DNA of 64,000 nucleotides from an uncultured Acidobacteriota bacterium (GCA_963804995.1 CAWDSK010000006.1:960001-1024000); one strand, 5' to 3'; shown: positions 10,823 to 22,313, numbered from the stretch's first letter. Program-made: numbers and translations. The notes: generated from the sequence alone by a model not told the origin.

Positions 10823-12364
10823 ATGGCGCTAAGAACGATCGTGAAGGGCGTGGAGGGTGATAGGGGCCGACGAACGACCCTGCTTCGAGTAGCTTGCTGC
10901 TTACTGTTGGCCTGGCTTCCCGCCGCGGTGTCAGCGGCTGGGGCGGAGGATGCGGAGGGGCCCATCTCTGTAAATCCCCGAAACCCGCACTATTACATCT
11001 TCAAAGGAAAACCTACGGTCCTGATTACCTCCGCCGAGCATTACGGAGCGGTGGTCAATAAGGACTTCGACTATGTCCAGTATCTGGACGCATTGCAATC
11101 CTATGGCCTCAACTATACGCGCATCTATCCGGGATTCCTGTTTGAGCCGATTGGGAAGTTCGGCAAGGGGAACACCCTGGGGGTCAAACCCGCGAGCCTC
11201 GTTGTGCCCTGGGGGCGCAGCAACGTACCCGGCTACGCCTTGTGTGGCAACAAGTTCGACCTTGACCGCTGGGACCCGGAATACTTCAAGCGGCTGAAAG
11301 ATTTCGTGGCGAAGGCGGCCGAACGCGGCGTGGTAGTGGAAATCTGCTTCTTCAACGCTCAATATTCCGATACGTGGCCTATCTCGCCTTTATATTACGA
11401 GAACAATATACAGGGTGTGGGCAAGTGTGATTTCCAGGATGCCCAGACTCTCCGGCACGCTGACCTGGCCAAACGGGAAGCCGATTACGTCAGCAAGATC
11501 ACCGAAGAAGTGAATACCTACGACAATGTGGTTCTGGAAGTTTGCGACGAAGCCCCGGACATTGGCAATCCTCCCACCCCGATGGGGGAAGCCGGCGAAT
11601 GGGTCAGCCACATGATCCAGGTTGTGAAGAATACCGAGGGCCGCCTGCCGAAGAAGCATCTGATTGCGCAGCAGATGGAGGGCCCACTCGGCGGGCTTTT
11701 TAATTTTGCCGCCCACCCTGACGTTGCGATCATCGTGACCCAGTATGTTTGGGAAGCAGGATTTCAGATGGGTGGAATGAAGGCCCTCGATTATGAGTAC
11801 GGGCGCAATAAACCGATTGAGTTCAATGAGACCGCCTACTATCCTTTCTGGTATAAGGGCGATAAGGTTGCGGATTCACGAGTGGAAGCCTGGGAGTTCA
11901 TGGTGGGAGGCGGCGCCAGCTTTAACCACCTCAATGGGGTGTATACCGTCGAAAATCCTGCCGGCAAGACGCCCGACAATACGCAAGTCCTGACCGCCTT
12001 GAAGAACCTCGAAGAGTTCATCCACAGTTTCGATTTTCTAAAGATGCGCGCGGACATCACCTATGTCCAGAATGGAATTCCTCCCGGAACCTATTGCCGC
12101 GGCATGAGCGAAGAGGGCAAACAGTACGCTTTGTATCATCACCACAGCACGGGCGGAAGTGGCAGCTCGTATACGGTGACGCCTGGGCATTACACCGAGG
12201 ATCTGGTGCTGCGTTTGCCCGCGGGACCGTACCAGGTGGACTGGGTTGACCCGGCCTCCGGCGCGGTCGTTCGCACCGAGAACCTCGACCACCCGGGAGG
12301 CAGCTTGAAGGTCACGACGCCTGAGCACGCGGTGGACATGGCCCTGCGAATCAAACGCCGGTAG
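10823..12364 (+). CDS. Secreted putative TIM-barrel glycoside hydrolase with C-terminal beta domain
   Basis: Signal peptide; KFDLDRWDPEYF motif; LEVCDE and PIEFNET resemble clan GH-A catalytic glutamate contexts. Confidence 0.55.
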   Translation: MALRTIVKGVEGDRGRRTTLLRVACCLLLAWLPAAVSAAGAEDAEGPISVNPRNPHYYIFKGKPTVLITSAEHYGAVVNKDFDYVQYLDALQSYGLNYTRIYPGFLFEPIGKFGKGNTLGVKPASLVVPWGRSNVPGYALCGNKFDLDRWDPEYFKRLKDFVAKAAERGVVVEICFFNAQYSDTWPISPLYYENNIQGVGKCDFQDAQTLRHADLAKREADYVSKITEEVNTYDNVVLEVCDEAPDIGNPPTPMGEAGEWVSHMIQVVKNTEGRLPKKHLIAQQMEGPLGGLFNFAAHPDVAIIVTQYVWEAGFQMGGMKALDYEYGRNKPIEFNETAYYPFWYKGDKVADSRVEAWEFMVGGGASFNHLNGVYTVENPAGKTPDNTQVLTALKNLEEFIHSFDFLKMRADITYVQNGIPPGTYCRGMSEEGKQYALYHHHSTGGSGSSYTVTPGHYTEDLVLRLPAGPYQVDWVDPASGAVVRTENLDHPGGSLKVTTPEHAVDMALRIKRR

Positions 12365-12820
12365 GGGGGCTGAGTCAGAAGTTCGCTGATTATGAGAGAA
12401 CCCCCTCACCCCCGGCCCCCCCCAAAGGGGCGATGGGAGAGTTGAACTTACTCCCTCGCCCCTTTGGGGGAGAGGGTGGACCGCTGCCGGCGTTCTCATC
12501 AGCCGGAGCGGGACGGGTGAGGGGGTCAATTCGCAACCGATTCATAGGGACTGTTGTAACCGCATACATGCCAAAATGCAGCACGTATGCGCCACCCGCG
12601 CCGCCACTGCGTAACCACCCCGGCGCTCGGCCCCGATGATCAATTTGGAAAGAACGCGCTATCGGGGCTCGGCGCGCCACCCCTCCTAAATTAGGAGGGG
12701 AGCTGTTAAAGAACTCCCCTCCTCAGATGAGTAGGGGTGGCGTGCCGAGCGCCGGGGTGGTGCTGATAGTGCAATATCGGGGTGACTTAGATAATTGCAG
12801 CGCCTGAAGGAGATGCCAGC

Positions 12821-13843
12821 ATGACAGATCTACGATTCGCGGTCTTTGGAGCGGGCTTTTGGGCTCCATACCAAATTGCCGCGTGGCAAGAAGTGCCGGG
12901 AGCGAAATGCGTCGCCATCTATAACCGCACGGTTGCGAAGGCAGAGAAGATTGCGCAGGCCTTCGGCATCCCGGCAGTGTACGGTGACGCGGAGGAATTG
13001 CTCGAACGTGAGAAGCCCGATTTCCTCGATGTCATCACGGATTGCCTTACCCACTGCAAGTTCGTGTCCATGGCCGCCCGGCACAAGGTGCCAGTCATTT
13101 GTCAGAAACCGATGGCGAATACCCTGGCAGAAGCAGAAAGCATGGTGCGCGCCTGCCGGGAAGCGGGAGTCCCTTTCTTCGTGCATGAGAATTGGCGCTG
13201 GCAAACCCAAATCCGGGAACTCAAGAAGGTGCTGGACTCAGGCGAAATCGGAGTTCCGTTCCGCGCCCGCATTTTCCAGGTATCAGGTTACCCCGTGCTC
13301 ATCAACGAGCCGGGCTTAAGGAACTTGGAAGAGTACGTCCTTAAAGATATGGGGCCGCATCTCCTGGACGTGGCACGCATGCTTTTCGGTGAGGCGGACA
13401 GGCTTTACTGCCAGACCCATCAGGTGCAAAAGGACATCAAGGGGGAGGACGCGGTCACCGTCATGATGCACATGGGCGGGAGGACCACGGTGACATGCTA
13501 CCTCGGCTTCCCGGGGAATTTCCTGGAGAATGACGTCTTCACCCAAGCTTTGATTCTGGTGGAGGGTGACAAGGGATCGGCGGAGCTCAACCGGCACTAC
13601 TGGGTTCGGGTGACCACCGAGAGCGGCACGCGTTCGAAGCGCTATCCGCCCACCCTCCGGCCCTGGATGCAGCCTGACTATGTGGCGTCGCATGCCAGCA
13701 TTGCGCGCTGCAATGCGCACCTTCTCCAAGCTTTGCGCGGGGAGGTGAAGGGAGAGTCGAGGGGCGAAGATAACCTCGAAACCATGCGGCTTACCTTCGC
13801 TGCCTATGAATCCGCGCGCTCGGGCAACGTGATTCGGATCTGA
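12821..13843 (+). CDS. Gfo/Idh/MocA family oxidoreductase
   Basis: FAVFGAGFW Rossmann start, ICQKPMA, HENWRW and DMGPHLLD motifs. Confidence 0.9.
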   Translation: MTDLRFAVFGAGFWAPYQIAAWQEVPGAKCVAIYNRTVAKAEKIAQAFGIPAVYGDAEELLEREKPDFLDVITDCLTHCKFVSMAARHKVPVICQKPMANTLAEAESMVRACREAGVPFFVHENWRWQTQIRELKKVLDSGEIGVPFRARIFQVSGYPVLINEPGLRNLEEYVLKDMGPHLLDVARMLFGEADRLYCQTHQVQKDIKGEDAVTVMMHMGGRTTVTCYLGFPGNFLENDVFTQALILVEGDKGSAELNRHYWVRVTTESGTRSKRYPPTLRPWMQPDYVASHASIARCNAHLLQALRGEVKGESRGEDNLETMRLTFAAYESARSGNVIRI

Positions 13844-14194
13844 AGCGAGTGTGGCGCGGAACTTTCTTCGCAGTTTGCGAACCGCGCCAATCATGTGGGG
13901 CCGAACGGCGTTCGGCCCGAGGGGCGAGCGCCGCCCCAGTGCCAGAAGCCGGCTGTGGGGCGCAGGGCGCTCGCCCCTACGCCGGCTACCCTCCGGCTCG
14001 TAATTAGCCGGAAATTAATTTTCCAAGTGGGTCAAAAAACCAGAGGTTGCCCCCGAGGATTACTCAAGTTCATTTTGTCCCCATCATTCGGTCCAGATCA
14101 TACCAAATCTTGTGGCATGCCAGTTTGTCACATACCAACCCTCGCGCACGACAAAATGTCCCTTCCTTTCTATAAGATTGATTGAATTTGCCAC

Positions 14195-14234
14195 AGTACT
14201 TTAGTACCCTTTCAATTCGAAAAGTACTTTAGTA
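14195..14234. promoter_or_regulatory. Direct repeat AGTACTTTAGTA x2, putative transcription-factor site
   Basis: Identical 12-mers at 14195-14206 and 14223-14234 in the AT-rich region upstream of the PilB-like gene. Confidence 0.4.
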
Positions 14235-14398
14235 GTCTCACGCCGTCATTAGAGAAATATCAGTTTGTGGCTATTCAAATTAGATTAGTTTTTAGGGTCG
14301 AGTCCAGGGATCTTCATTAACCACTATCGTGGGGGGCGGAGTTAATAGCGAGATGGTTTCATTTCACTTCTAGCTATTGCTCAGGAAGGGGAGCTCCC

Positions 14399-16322
14399 GT
14401 GAGAACGTCCTTCGTCGGCGCCGGCATTCTGACCCCAGATGAGTTGGAAGAATACTCCGCACGGGCTCGCCAGAGCAAGGAAGCTCTGTGGGAGATTTTG
14501 CTGCGGGAAGGCAAGATTACAGAAAGCTGGCTGGCGGACGCCTTTGCGCAACGGCAGCGAATTCCCCTCGTGGTTCCGTCCACGCTTTCCATCGACCCAG
14601 AAGCTGTGCATCGAATTCCGGAGAGCTTGGCCCGTATTCGTCAATGCATCCCCTATGCGCTGGCGGGCCGCGCCCTGAAAGTTGTCTTCGTTGACCCTTC
14701 GGATCTCAGTTCCATCCAGGCAATCGAGTTTTACACCGGATCAAGAGTCGAACCGGCGGTGGCGCTGCGCTCGCAGGTTCTGGAAGCCATCGACGCCAAT
14801 TATTCCCGGACTCAGGCCGTCGACATCATCGATCAGGCCAGCGACCAGCCGGACTTCCAGATTTTCCCCGTAAGCAACGAGGTGGATTTGGACGAGATTT
14901 CGTCGCTACGCGCCGCCGAACTCCCGCCCATTGTCAAACTCGTGAACCTGGTGATCACCGAGGCTCTGCGCGTTAAGGCCAGCGATATCCATATTGAACC
15001 CAGCCAGCAAGACCTTCGGATCCGGCTGCGGGTGGACGGAGTTCTGCGGGATTTTCTTCAGGCTCCTGCCTGGCTGCATCCAGGACTGAGTTCGCGCCTG
15101 AAGGTACTCAGCAAGGTGGACATTACGGAAAAACGCGTACCCCAAGACGGCCGTTTCAAGGTGCGCTTTCAGTCCAGAGTAACCGACTTGCGACTCTCCA
15201 CGCTGCCCACACAATTTGGCGAGAAGGTCGTGATGCGCGTTCTGGGGTCGAATGAAGGCATCCCACAGCCTGACCGCCTGGGAATTCCCGTTGCCGAGTT
15301 GCCGGCCATTCTGGAGGCCGTCCGGCAGCCGCAAGGCATGATCATCGTCACGGGGCCTACCGGCAGCGGCAAGACCACCACTCTCTACTCGCTGCTGAAC
15401 TACAACCGTTCCCCCGGAGTTAACGTTGTAACCGTGGAAGATCCCATTGAATACCAACTGGAGGGCGCCAACCAGGTTCAGATTAACCCCAAGGCGGGCC
15501 TCACCTTCGCCGCCAGTTTGCGATCGATCCTTCGACAGGACCCTGAACGTCATCCTGGTGGGGGAGATCCGCGACCGCGAAACGGTGGAAACTGCGTTCC
15601 ATGCCGCCATGACCGGGCATCTGGTTCTGACCACGCTGCACACCAACAATTCCATTGCCACTGTGCTGCGCTTGCTGGACCTGGGAGTCGATCCGTTCGT
15701 CATCACTTCTTCCGTGGCGCTGATTATTGCGCAGCGGCTGGTGCGCGTGGTTTGTGACCACTGCCGGGAAGTCTATGCGCCGACACCTCATCTGCTTGAC
15801 CGTCTGGATTGGAAAGAGCGGGAATTTCCGTTCACTCACGGGAGTGGCTGCCAGGTGTGCCATGGGGTCGGATTCAAAGGCCGCATCGGAGTATACGAAA
15901 TCCTGCGGATGACGCCGCCGGTCCGTAAAGCGATCAACGAAAGCGGCTCGGAAGCCACCATCCGCAAGGCTGCCGTGCAGAGCGGCATGGTGCCCTTACT
16001 TCAAGCCGCCAGAGAGAAGATTCGGCAATGCGTAACCACGCCGGAAGAAGTGATCCGGAGCATCCAGTTGATGGAGGAAGAATCCGCTTCCTGCCCGCAG
16101 TGCGGAAGAAGTCTATCGGGAGAAGGCGAGCAGTGCCGGTATTGCGAAAGCTTACTCACCCAACGTTGCCTGACCTGCGGACGAGCCCTGGAGTCCGAAT
16201 GGCAAGTATGTCCCCACTGCAGCACTCCGGCGGCGCGCGTGGAAAGCCAGTCTGCCTCCGCTCTCAAGTGGGACGCGCGGCAACTGAAGCTCGCGCAGAA
16301 GAAGGCGGGAATAGTTCAATAA
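14399..16322 (+). CDS. pilB: GspE/PilB pilus assembly ATPase with C-terminal double zinc ribbon (frameshift near 15545)
   Basis: [31 protein letters not shown] | [19 protein letters not shown] and several CxxC pairs. Confidence 0.85.
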
Positions 16323-16415
16323 GCAACCGGCGCCACCGTCTAGATCTTACTCTCCCGATCTTTGGATTTCGAGTGGGGTGCCGTGGTCGCGGGGGGAGCG
16401 GAAAATTCCGGACGA

Positions 16416-17153
16416 TCAATCCAGCGTGAAATCCTCGGTATAGATCAGCCCAGCTTCCGAGGAACCTTCATGCTTCTGTATCAGTGGACCTTGCAACCTT
16501 TCACCAAGATTCCCCACCACCAGAAGAACCGAAGCCGGCTGCCAGCGCTCCCCGAAATCTGCCTTGATTTGGGCTCGGTAGGTCCCGGCGTTGAACGGCT
16601 TGCCTCTCTGCAACAGATCGCGAGTCGCAAAGCTTCCTGCGGAGATCGTGACAGGATAGTCCACGGCAACCAGCACGTCGCCGGAGAAGATGCGAACCTC
16701 CAACTGGGTTCCCGTGGGAAGATTCGACCGGCCCGCCACCCGGAGGCTTCCTTCGGCACTCCTCGCAATCCGCAGTTGAAACACTGGCACGATTTGGCCC
16801 ACCGGCAGGCGAAGATATTGGGCGACCTCCTGAGTTTCTGTGTCTCTGGCTTGGTTGCGCTCTTTCCAGGCAATCGAGAGCAGCAACCCCATGAGGGCCG
16901 CGACCGTGGCGATGACCAGAACGCCTTGCCGTGTAAACGTCTTCTGCGGCGGAGGAATCGGCCGGGGGGCGAGCGAAGAAAGATCGATGTCCTTGACTAT
17001 GCTCCAGCGGCCGTCAGCCAGCTTGCGGTAAATCAGACCCGCCTGGTTCATGGGCGCGCCGCAGCGACGGCATTCCACCAAGGCGCGATCCTGGGGATGA
17101 CCGCAGGAGGGGCAGACCAGCGAGTCCGCGGGAGTGGAAGTGTTTTCAGCCAT
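16416..17153 (-). CDS. Membrane-anchored hypothetical protein with N-terminal zinc ribbon
   Basis: CPSCG..CRRCG, one TM helix, then an Ig-like segment. Confidence 0.65.
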   Translation of the reverse strand: MAENTSTPADSLVCPSCGHPQDRALVECRRCGAPMNQAGLIYRKLADGRWSIVKDIDLSSLAPRPIPPPQKTFTRQGVLVIATVAALMGLLLSIAWKERNQARDTETQEVAQYLRLPVGQIVPVFQLRIARSAEGSLRVAGRSNLPTGTQLEVRIFSGDVLVAVDYPVTISAGSFATRDLLQRGKPFNAGTYRAQIKADFGERWQPASVLLVVGNLGERLQGPLIQKHEGSSEAGLIYTEDFTLD

Positions 17154-17240
17154 GGACTCGAGAAAAGTGGTGTTTCAGAACTCCATCAGCCATTGGCTCG
17201 GCACCATTGTACGATTTTCAGGTTTATCCGACAACGCCGT

Positions 17241-17762
17241 TTGGGAACCTCGCCTCGAAAGGTCCAGGGCCGCAGGGCCCGTGCCGTAGGCGGGTTCACC
17301 CTGGTCGAGGCCCTGGTCGCTCTGAGTTTGCTCTCCTTTGCCTTGCTTTCACTCGCCATGCTATTCCCGCTGGAGACGCGGCTGGCCGAAGTGAGTGAAG
17401 TTTCGAACGAAACCGCCACGTTGGTGGAAAGAGAGCTGAGTCAGATTTGTAACCACGTGTTCGACAGCAGTGGGAGCTTTGTGGATTTGGCGGGCAACAC
17501 CGTGGATGTGAGTTGCCCCGGGTCCCCAGGCGCCAGTTGCGGAAACCCTCTGACCCCTTCCGGGCTCATTGATTTCACGCAGCCTCCTCCGGTGGGATTC
17601 TCCGCGCAACTTTCCGTGGGAAGTGGCCGGCAATATTCGATTCGCTGGAATATTTCCGTGACGGCCAGCAGCGGGAGGAAAATCGTCGTCGCCGGGAAGG
17701 CTTTGAATCCGGCGGGTGGGTTTGCTCCAGTCGTTCAGTACCAGACCCTGAAAGCATCCTAG
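17241..17762 (+). CDS. PilV-like minor type IV pilin (start uncertain)
   Basis: G|FTLVEALVALSLL prepilin cleavage motif after a basic leader. Confidence 0.8.
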   Translation: MGTSPRKVQGRRARAVGGFTLVEALVALSLLSFALLSLAMLFPLETRLAEVSEVSNETATLVERELSQICNHVFDSSGSFVDLAGNTVDVSCPGSPGASCGNPLTPSGLIDFTQPPPVGFSAQLSVGSGRQYSIRWNISVTASSGRKIVVAGKALNPAGGFAPVVQYQTLKAS

Positions 17763-17847
17763 TGCAGTGCGTCTCAAATCGTGGTGCGTAGGGTGGTCAA
17801 CCCCCCCCCGCTGACCTTGTTCGTGGAGCTGTTCAGGGATTTGAAAC

Positions 17848-18543
17848 ATGACCAGACGAAGACGGCCTTTCAGTGAACGTCCGCGATATTCCGTGGCCGA
17901 AGCCCGAGCGAGGGCAGCCGGAGTGCCTGATCGAGGAGGCTCCCTCATTGAACTCATCCTGGTGCTGGGGTTGTTTGGAGTTCTGACCGCTATAGCCCTC
18001 ACTTTGATATTGCAAACTTACGGGGAAGTGAAAAGCCGCCTGGGGTCGGCGACGCTGTTTGATAGTGGGGTAACGGCCCTGAATCAAATGGGCCGGGAAA
18101 TCCGCATGGCTGGATTTCCCTCGTCGAAGTCTTACAGTGCATCTGCCGTCGCTGCCTCACCCGGTCTCATAGCGACTTCTTTCGTGACCGTCACCTCCTA
18201 CGACCTGGTCTTCCAGGCAGACACCGACGGTGACGGAACCGTAGAACAGATCGAATACGTGAACGCTCCGAACTCACAGAACCTTCTGCGTATGAGTACC
18301 GGGAAGAATCTGAATGGGTCGCTGGCGACGACTACGGTCACGACCCTGGCGCTCGACCACGTGCAGAATCGGGTTACAAACCAGCCTCTGTTTACCTGGG
18401 ATGTGGACCCGTCGATCGCCCAACCCTTCCCTCTGAACGTGCGAGCCGTGTACATCAACCTGGTTCTTCAATCCGCTGGAAATGAAAGTGGGCCCCCGGC
18501 CGTGGTGACGTTGATGGCCACCTGCCCAAGGATGAATTTTTGA
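17848..18543 (+). CDS. PilW-like minor type IV pilin
   Basis: RG|GSLIELILV with Glu at +5; REIRMAGF motif. Confidence 0.8.
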   Translation: MTRRRRPFSERPRYSVAEARARAAGVPDRGGSLIELILVLGLFGVLTAIALTLILQTYGEVKSRLGSATLFDSGVTALNQMGREIRMAGFPSSKSYSASAVAASPGLIATSFVTVTSYDLVFQADTDGDGTVEQIEYVNAPNSQNLLRMSTGKNLNGSLATTTVTTLALDHVQNRVTNQPLFTWDVDPSIAQPFPLNVRAVYINLVLQSAGNESGPPAVVTLMATCPRMNF

Positions 18544-20039
18544 AATTTGAAACACCAGCCCGAGGGATGAACCCGTCCGCCAGGTTGCCCCACCCGGGGG
18601 CACAGCCGGCGCCGCCAATAGAGATGGACAAGAACCATCCCCCCGGAATTCGGCCGAGGGAGCGCGGCATGGCTCTCATGATTGTGCTTCTCGTCATCGT
18701 AACACTCAGCGGTCTGGCACTCTCCATCGTGCTACTGACTGACAGCCAAATCCGTCTGGCCCAGACCATCCAGGCCCGGGAGCGAGCTTATTACGCGGCC
18801 ATGGCGGGGCTGGAGGAGGCCCGCGGACGGATGAAGGGGTCCGCGCCAGATACTGTCGCCGCGTCCTTACCCAGCACGATTCACCAGGTCCTCTACCTTC
18901 GGAACGCCAGCGCGACAGACCCCGTCCAGCCCACCAGCGCCCTATCCCCCTATTACGACTACGAATACGCGCGCGAGTTCAGTGGTGGATTGGGATCAGC
19001 GGCGGTCCTCCCCTATCTCAACAGCGACCAACCGGGAGCCTCAACCACGACATCGATCCCCTATAAGTGGGTGCGTATTACCCTTAAGACCAATGATGGG
19101 ACGTCACCCCTTTACTGGGACGGAACGCATGAGAATTCGACGTCCACGACCGGCGCGTTGGTCTACGTCCTCACGGCGCTAGCTGTTGACTCCTCGAATG
19201 TGAGGAAACTCCTGCAAACCGAAGTCGCGGGAATCCCGGGGGTAGGAGGCACAAATTACACGCCCGTGGCGGCTGTGGCTGCTGCCGGCTCGGCTTCCCT
19301 CTCCGGGCAGCCGTTATGGTGGCTCATTAGTATGTTCCTCGGGGGCACAGGGTCCGCGAATGTGACCGTGACCGGGAATGACAACAACCCGGGCACGGCA
19401 GGATGCCCCACCCCGACCGGGGCATTGCCGGGCGTGGTGGCAGGGGGCACGGTCAATACTTCTGCTGCTTCGGTGGCTGGCAATCCCGCCACACAATCCG
19501 CCGTCACTCCCTTCCCCCAATCCGCTGCCACCCTGATTGCGCAATACCAGCCCGCCTCGAGCCCCATTACCTCAGTCGATCCCTCGCATGTGTCATCCTC
19601 TGGCCCGACCTACTTGGCGAGCGGCACGACTCTGGGAACACAACCCACGGCGGGATCGGCGGGGTCCGCGCGGATCGTCTACACCGACCGTCCTCTCTCC
19701 ATCAGCGGGAACGGCAACAGCGGTTATGGACTGCTCCTGGTCAACGGCGATCTTACGGTCACAGGATCGTGGAACTACCAGGGGGTTACGATTGTCAATG
19801 GTGCAATCAATTTCACGGCGGCCAACAGTGCGAATATTCTAGTGAGAGGCACGCTGGTCGCGTCGGGGAATCTCTCTTTGAACGCCTCCACCAGCTTCAG
19901 TACTTCCACGATCAGCACGCTTTATGATTCCTGCATGGTGAGCCAGGTTTTGCAGGGGCTCAGCGGTGGCGCCTCTTCCGGTCTTACCTCCTCCACCACA
20001 AGCCCTCAGATTCTCTCCTACCGCGAACTTAGCTACTGA
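18540..20039 (+). CDS. PilX-like minor pilin with large beta-rich C-terminus
   Basis: ERG|MALMIVLL lacking E5; AYYAAMAGLEEA; ends in SYRELSY. Confidence 0.8.
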   Translation: MKFETPARGMNPSARLPHPGAQPAPPIEMDKNHPPGIRPRERGMALMIVLLVIVTLSGLALSIVLLTDSQIRLAQTIQARERAYYAAMAGLEEARGRMKGSAPDTVAASLPSTIHQVLYLRNASATDPVQPTSALSPYYDYEYAREFSGGLGSAAVLPYLNSDQPGASTTTSIPYKWVRITLKTNDGTSPLYWDGTHENSTSTTGALVYVLTALAVDSSNVRKLLQTEVAGIPGVGGTNYTPVAAVAAAGSASLSGQPLWWLISMFLGGTGSANVTVTGNDNNPGTAGCPTPTGALPGVVAGGTVNTSAASVAGNPATQSAVTPFPQSAATLIAQYQPASSPITSVDPSHVSSSGPTYLASGTTLGTQPTAGSAGSARIVYTDRPLSISGNGNSGYGLLLVNGDLTVTGSWNYQGVTIVNGAINFTAANSANILVRGTLVASGNLSLNASTSFSTSTISTLYDSCMVSQVLQGLSGGASSGLTSSTTSPQILSYRELSY

Positions 20040-20194
20040 TCTCGCGGCCGTGTTCACCGCGAGGCGGCGGGCACACGTCCAGTGACTGCAGCCGAGGGAG
20101 CGATCCTGGATAGCTGAGAAATTGACCTGCGCGAACTCTTCATGCGTGCCCGTATTAATGTGGGCCGAAGGGCCACCGGTCCGGGCCACGCTCG

Positions 20195-21844
20195 CTACTG
20201 TAATGACGACTCCAGATGTTTCCGAATTTCCTCCAGAAACTCCTGGTCATCGCTCGTCCCCTGCTTCTTGAGATTATTGAAGGTGGCAAGCGCCTGCTGA
20301 GACTTCACGCTTTCACCCAATAAACTATAGGCGCGGGAAAGCTGGTAATAAGCCTGGGCGAGATCAGGTTGGTCGTGCACCGCGGCTTCCAGTTCGTGGG
20401 TGGCGGCGGCAGGCTGGTTCTGCCTGACCAGCAGCTTTCCCAGTTGGTAGTGGGGAAGGCCGTAAGCGGGGTTTAGCGCCAGGGCCTGCTTGAATGCCTC
20501 CGGAGCTTCCTCCGCTCGGTTATCGCGAAGCAGCAGGACGCCCAGATGGTATTCAAAGCGGGCGTTACGTGGTTCGAGCGCGATGGCCTGACGCAAGTAT
20601 TTCTCGCCTTCACGATTCTTCCCCTCGTTCACTAAGCTGGCAGCGTAAAGAAACAACGAACGCGCGGAATGGGGATCGCGCTGGACGGCCTGTTCTAGAC
20701 TTTGCCGCGCCTCGGCATAGCGCCGCTCCAGATAATAACTGACCCCCGCGCTGTAATAAGGGTCCGCCCAATCCGGCGCCTCTTCGATGGCCTGGTGCAG
20801 TAATTCGAGCGCGGCGTCATGCTGACCCACGAACTGACGGATCTGCGCGCGTAGAAGTGTGTAGCGTGGCTCGCGCGGCGTCATCGCGAGGGCCTGACGG
20901 CAGGCATCGTCAGCTTCCACTGGGCGATGCAGGGCGTAATACGCGCTGGCACGTAAAAAGAAATCCTCAGCCGCGGTGGGGTTCGAGACGGTTTCCAGCA
21001 CGCTGTCAGGATTGTGGGATTGCAACTCGGCCACGGCCAGTTGGCGGCGAATGTCGTCCCGAGAAGGCTGGGCCCGCAACGCCTCGGCAAGATAGGGTAG
21101 AGCGTCCTGTGCCTGGCGCTTCTCGAGGAAGAGCTTCCCCACGGCGGCCTGCCACTCCGGGTCGACAGGAAGATTCCTGGCGGCTGCTGCGGCTTCCTGT
21201 CGGGCCTCTTCGGGATGCTGTGCTTCGAGCTCCGCGCGGATGATGTTGAAGGCAACATCCAACCGCGGCGGTCCGAGTTCCTGGGCGCGGCGCAAGTCGG
21301 TCAAGGCCTCCTCAGGCCGCCCCATTTTTAACAAGACCACTCCAAGGTTATAGACAGCGTCAGAATGCTTCGGATTCAGCGCCACGGCCTGCTGGAGTTC
21401 GCGCCGCCCCAGCTCCATATTCGATTCGCGCAAATACGCCAAGGCAAGATAGTAATGGCCTGCGAAGGACTTAGGCTGGAGCTTCAGGGCCTGCTGATAG
21501 TGCGCGATGGCTTGGGTTGTCTCTCCACTTTCGACCTCGGCCAAGCCCAGCAACAAGTAGGCATCCACCAATTGGGGTTCGGCCTGCAAGACTTGCTTGA
21601 GAAGAGATTTGGTCTGCTCGAAATCATGCGCCTTATAGGCTTCGCGCGCTTTCTCGAACTGGGCGGCAGCCTCAGGATTGTTGCTGTGAGTCTGTTCGAT
21701 CAAACCAGCCGAGAGTAAATTGCTGCCACGCACCGCTGCCGGCAACAGGAGGAGCGAAATGGCGACCAGCAGACCAGCGCGATGCCACGTGGGTGTGCTT
21801 CTTACTCCAAGCCCAGTCAGGCGTGATGTCGCGACGAGGTTCAT
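20195..21844 (-). CDS. Exported tetratricopeptide repeat protein
   Basis: Signal peptide followed by many TPR units. Confidence 0.9.
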   Translation of the reverse strand: MNLVATSRLTGLGVRSTPTWHRAGLLVAISLLLLPAAVRGSNLLSAGLIEQTHSNNPEAAAQFEKAREAYKAHDFEQTKSLLKQVLQAEPQLVDAYLLLGLAEVESGETTQAIAHYQQALKLQPKSFAGHYYLALAYLRESNMELGRRELQQAVALNPKHSDAVYNLGVVLLKMGRPEEALTDLRRAQELGPPRLDVAFNIIRAELEAQHPEEARQEAAAAARNLPVDPEWQAAVGKLFLEKRQAQDALPYLAEALRAQPSRDDIRRQLAVAELQSHNPDSVLETVSNPTAAEDFFLRASAYYALHRPVEADDACRQALAMTPREPRYTLLRAQIRQFVGQHDAALELLHQAIEEAPDWADPYYSAGVSYYLERRYAEARQSLEQAVQRDPHSARSLFLYAASLVNEGKNREGEKYLRQAIALEPRNARFEYHLGVLLLRDNRAEEAPEAFKQALALNPAYGLPHYQLGKLLVRQNQPAAATHELEAAVHDQPDLAQAYYQLSRAYSLLGESVKSQQALATFNNLKKQGTSDDQEFLEEIRKHLESSLQ

Positions 21845-22313
21845 GGGGCGATACCAGGGAGGCTATCTTACCTTACAACGCGACGCGCCGAGTCGGTTAC
21901 GTGGAGACCGCACGTTCGGTTGGGACAATTCGACCTCGCCAGGTTCAGCGTGCATGGGGCAGGAATCCCCGTCATGCCTCGGTTGGTCCACAAGAACGGT
22001 TTCAGAGCGCCGGCTTCCCCACAACGACTCTCCAGAAAAGTAAAAATGTCCTCTTCTGGTCTTGAATAATATTGGATCAAAAATTGATGTAGGTCATTGT
22101 TGGCGGGTAGGTTTGGGTGTATAGCAGCCGTGCTGCGAGCACAATCGTAAATCCCGCTTTACCTTCATCCGGTTTGGTCGTCCGGCCGTAGGACCAATCT
22201 TTAGGATAGCCAAGTCGGATAATGTTACTATCTGTGGTATTATTTCAATGGTTTATCTCCCATGCGTCGGACGTAGAGGCTGGATACTTCACACAAGCAC
22301 AGGAGGGCGATTC

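Noticed and set aside
14113..14130. Sigma54 promoter TGGCATG..TTTGT (and a similar one near 41291-41306, minus strand)
   Set aside because: Spacing or the -12 GC does not fit the consensus.
15535..15555. Programmed frameshifting in pilB or IS110
   Set aside because: No slippery heptamer with a stimulator; the breaks resemble the other probable assembly indels.
16362..17240. N-terminal part of the 466-aa plus-strand ORF
   Set aside because: It overlaps the minus-strand gene 16416-17153; only the prepilin part looks real.
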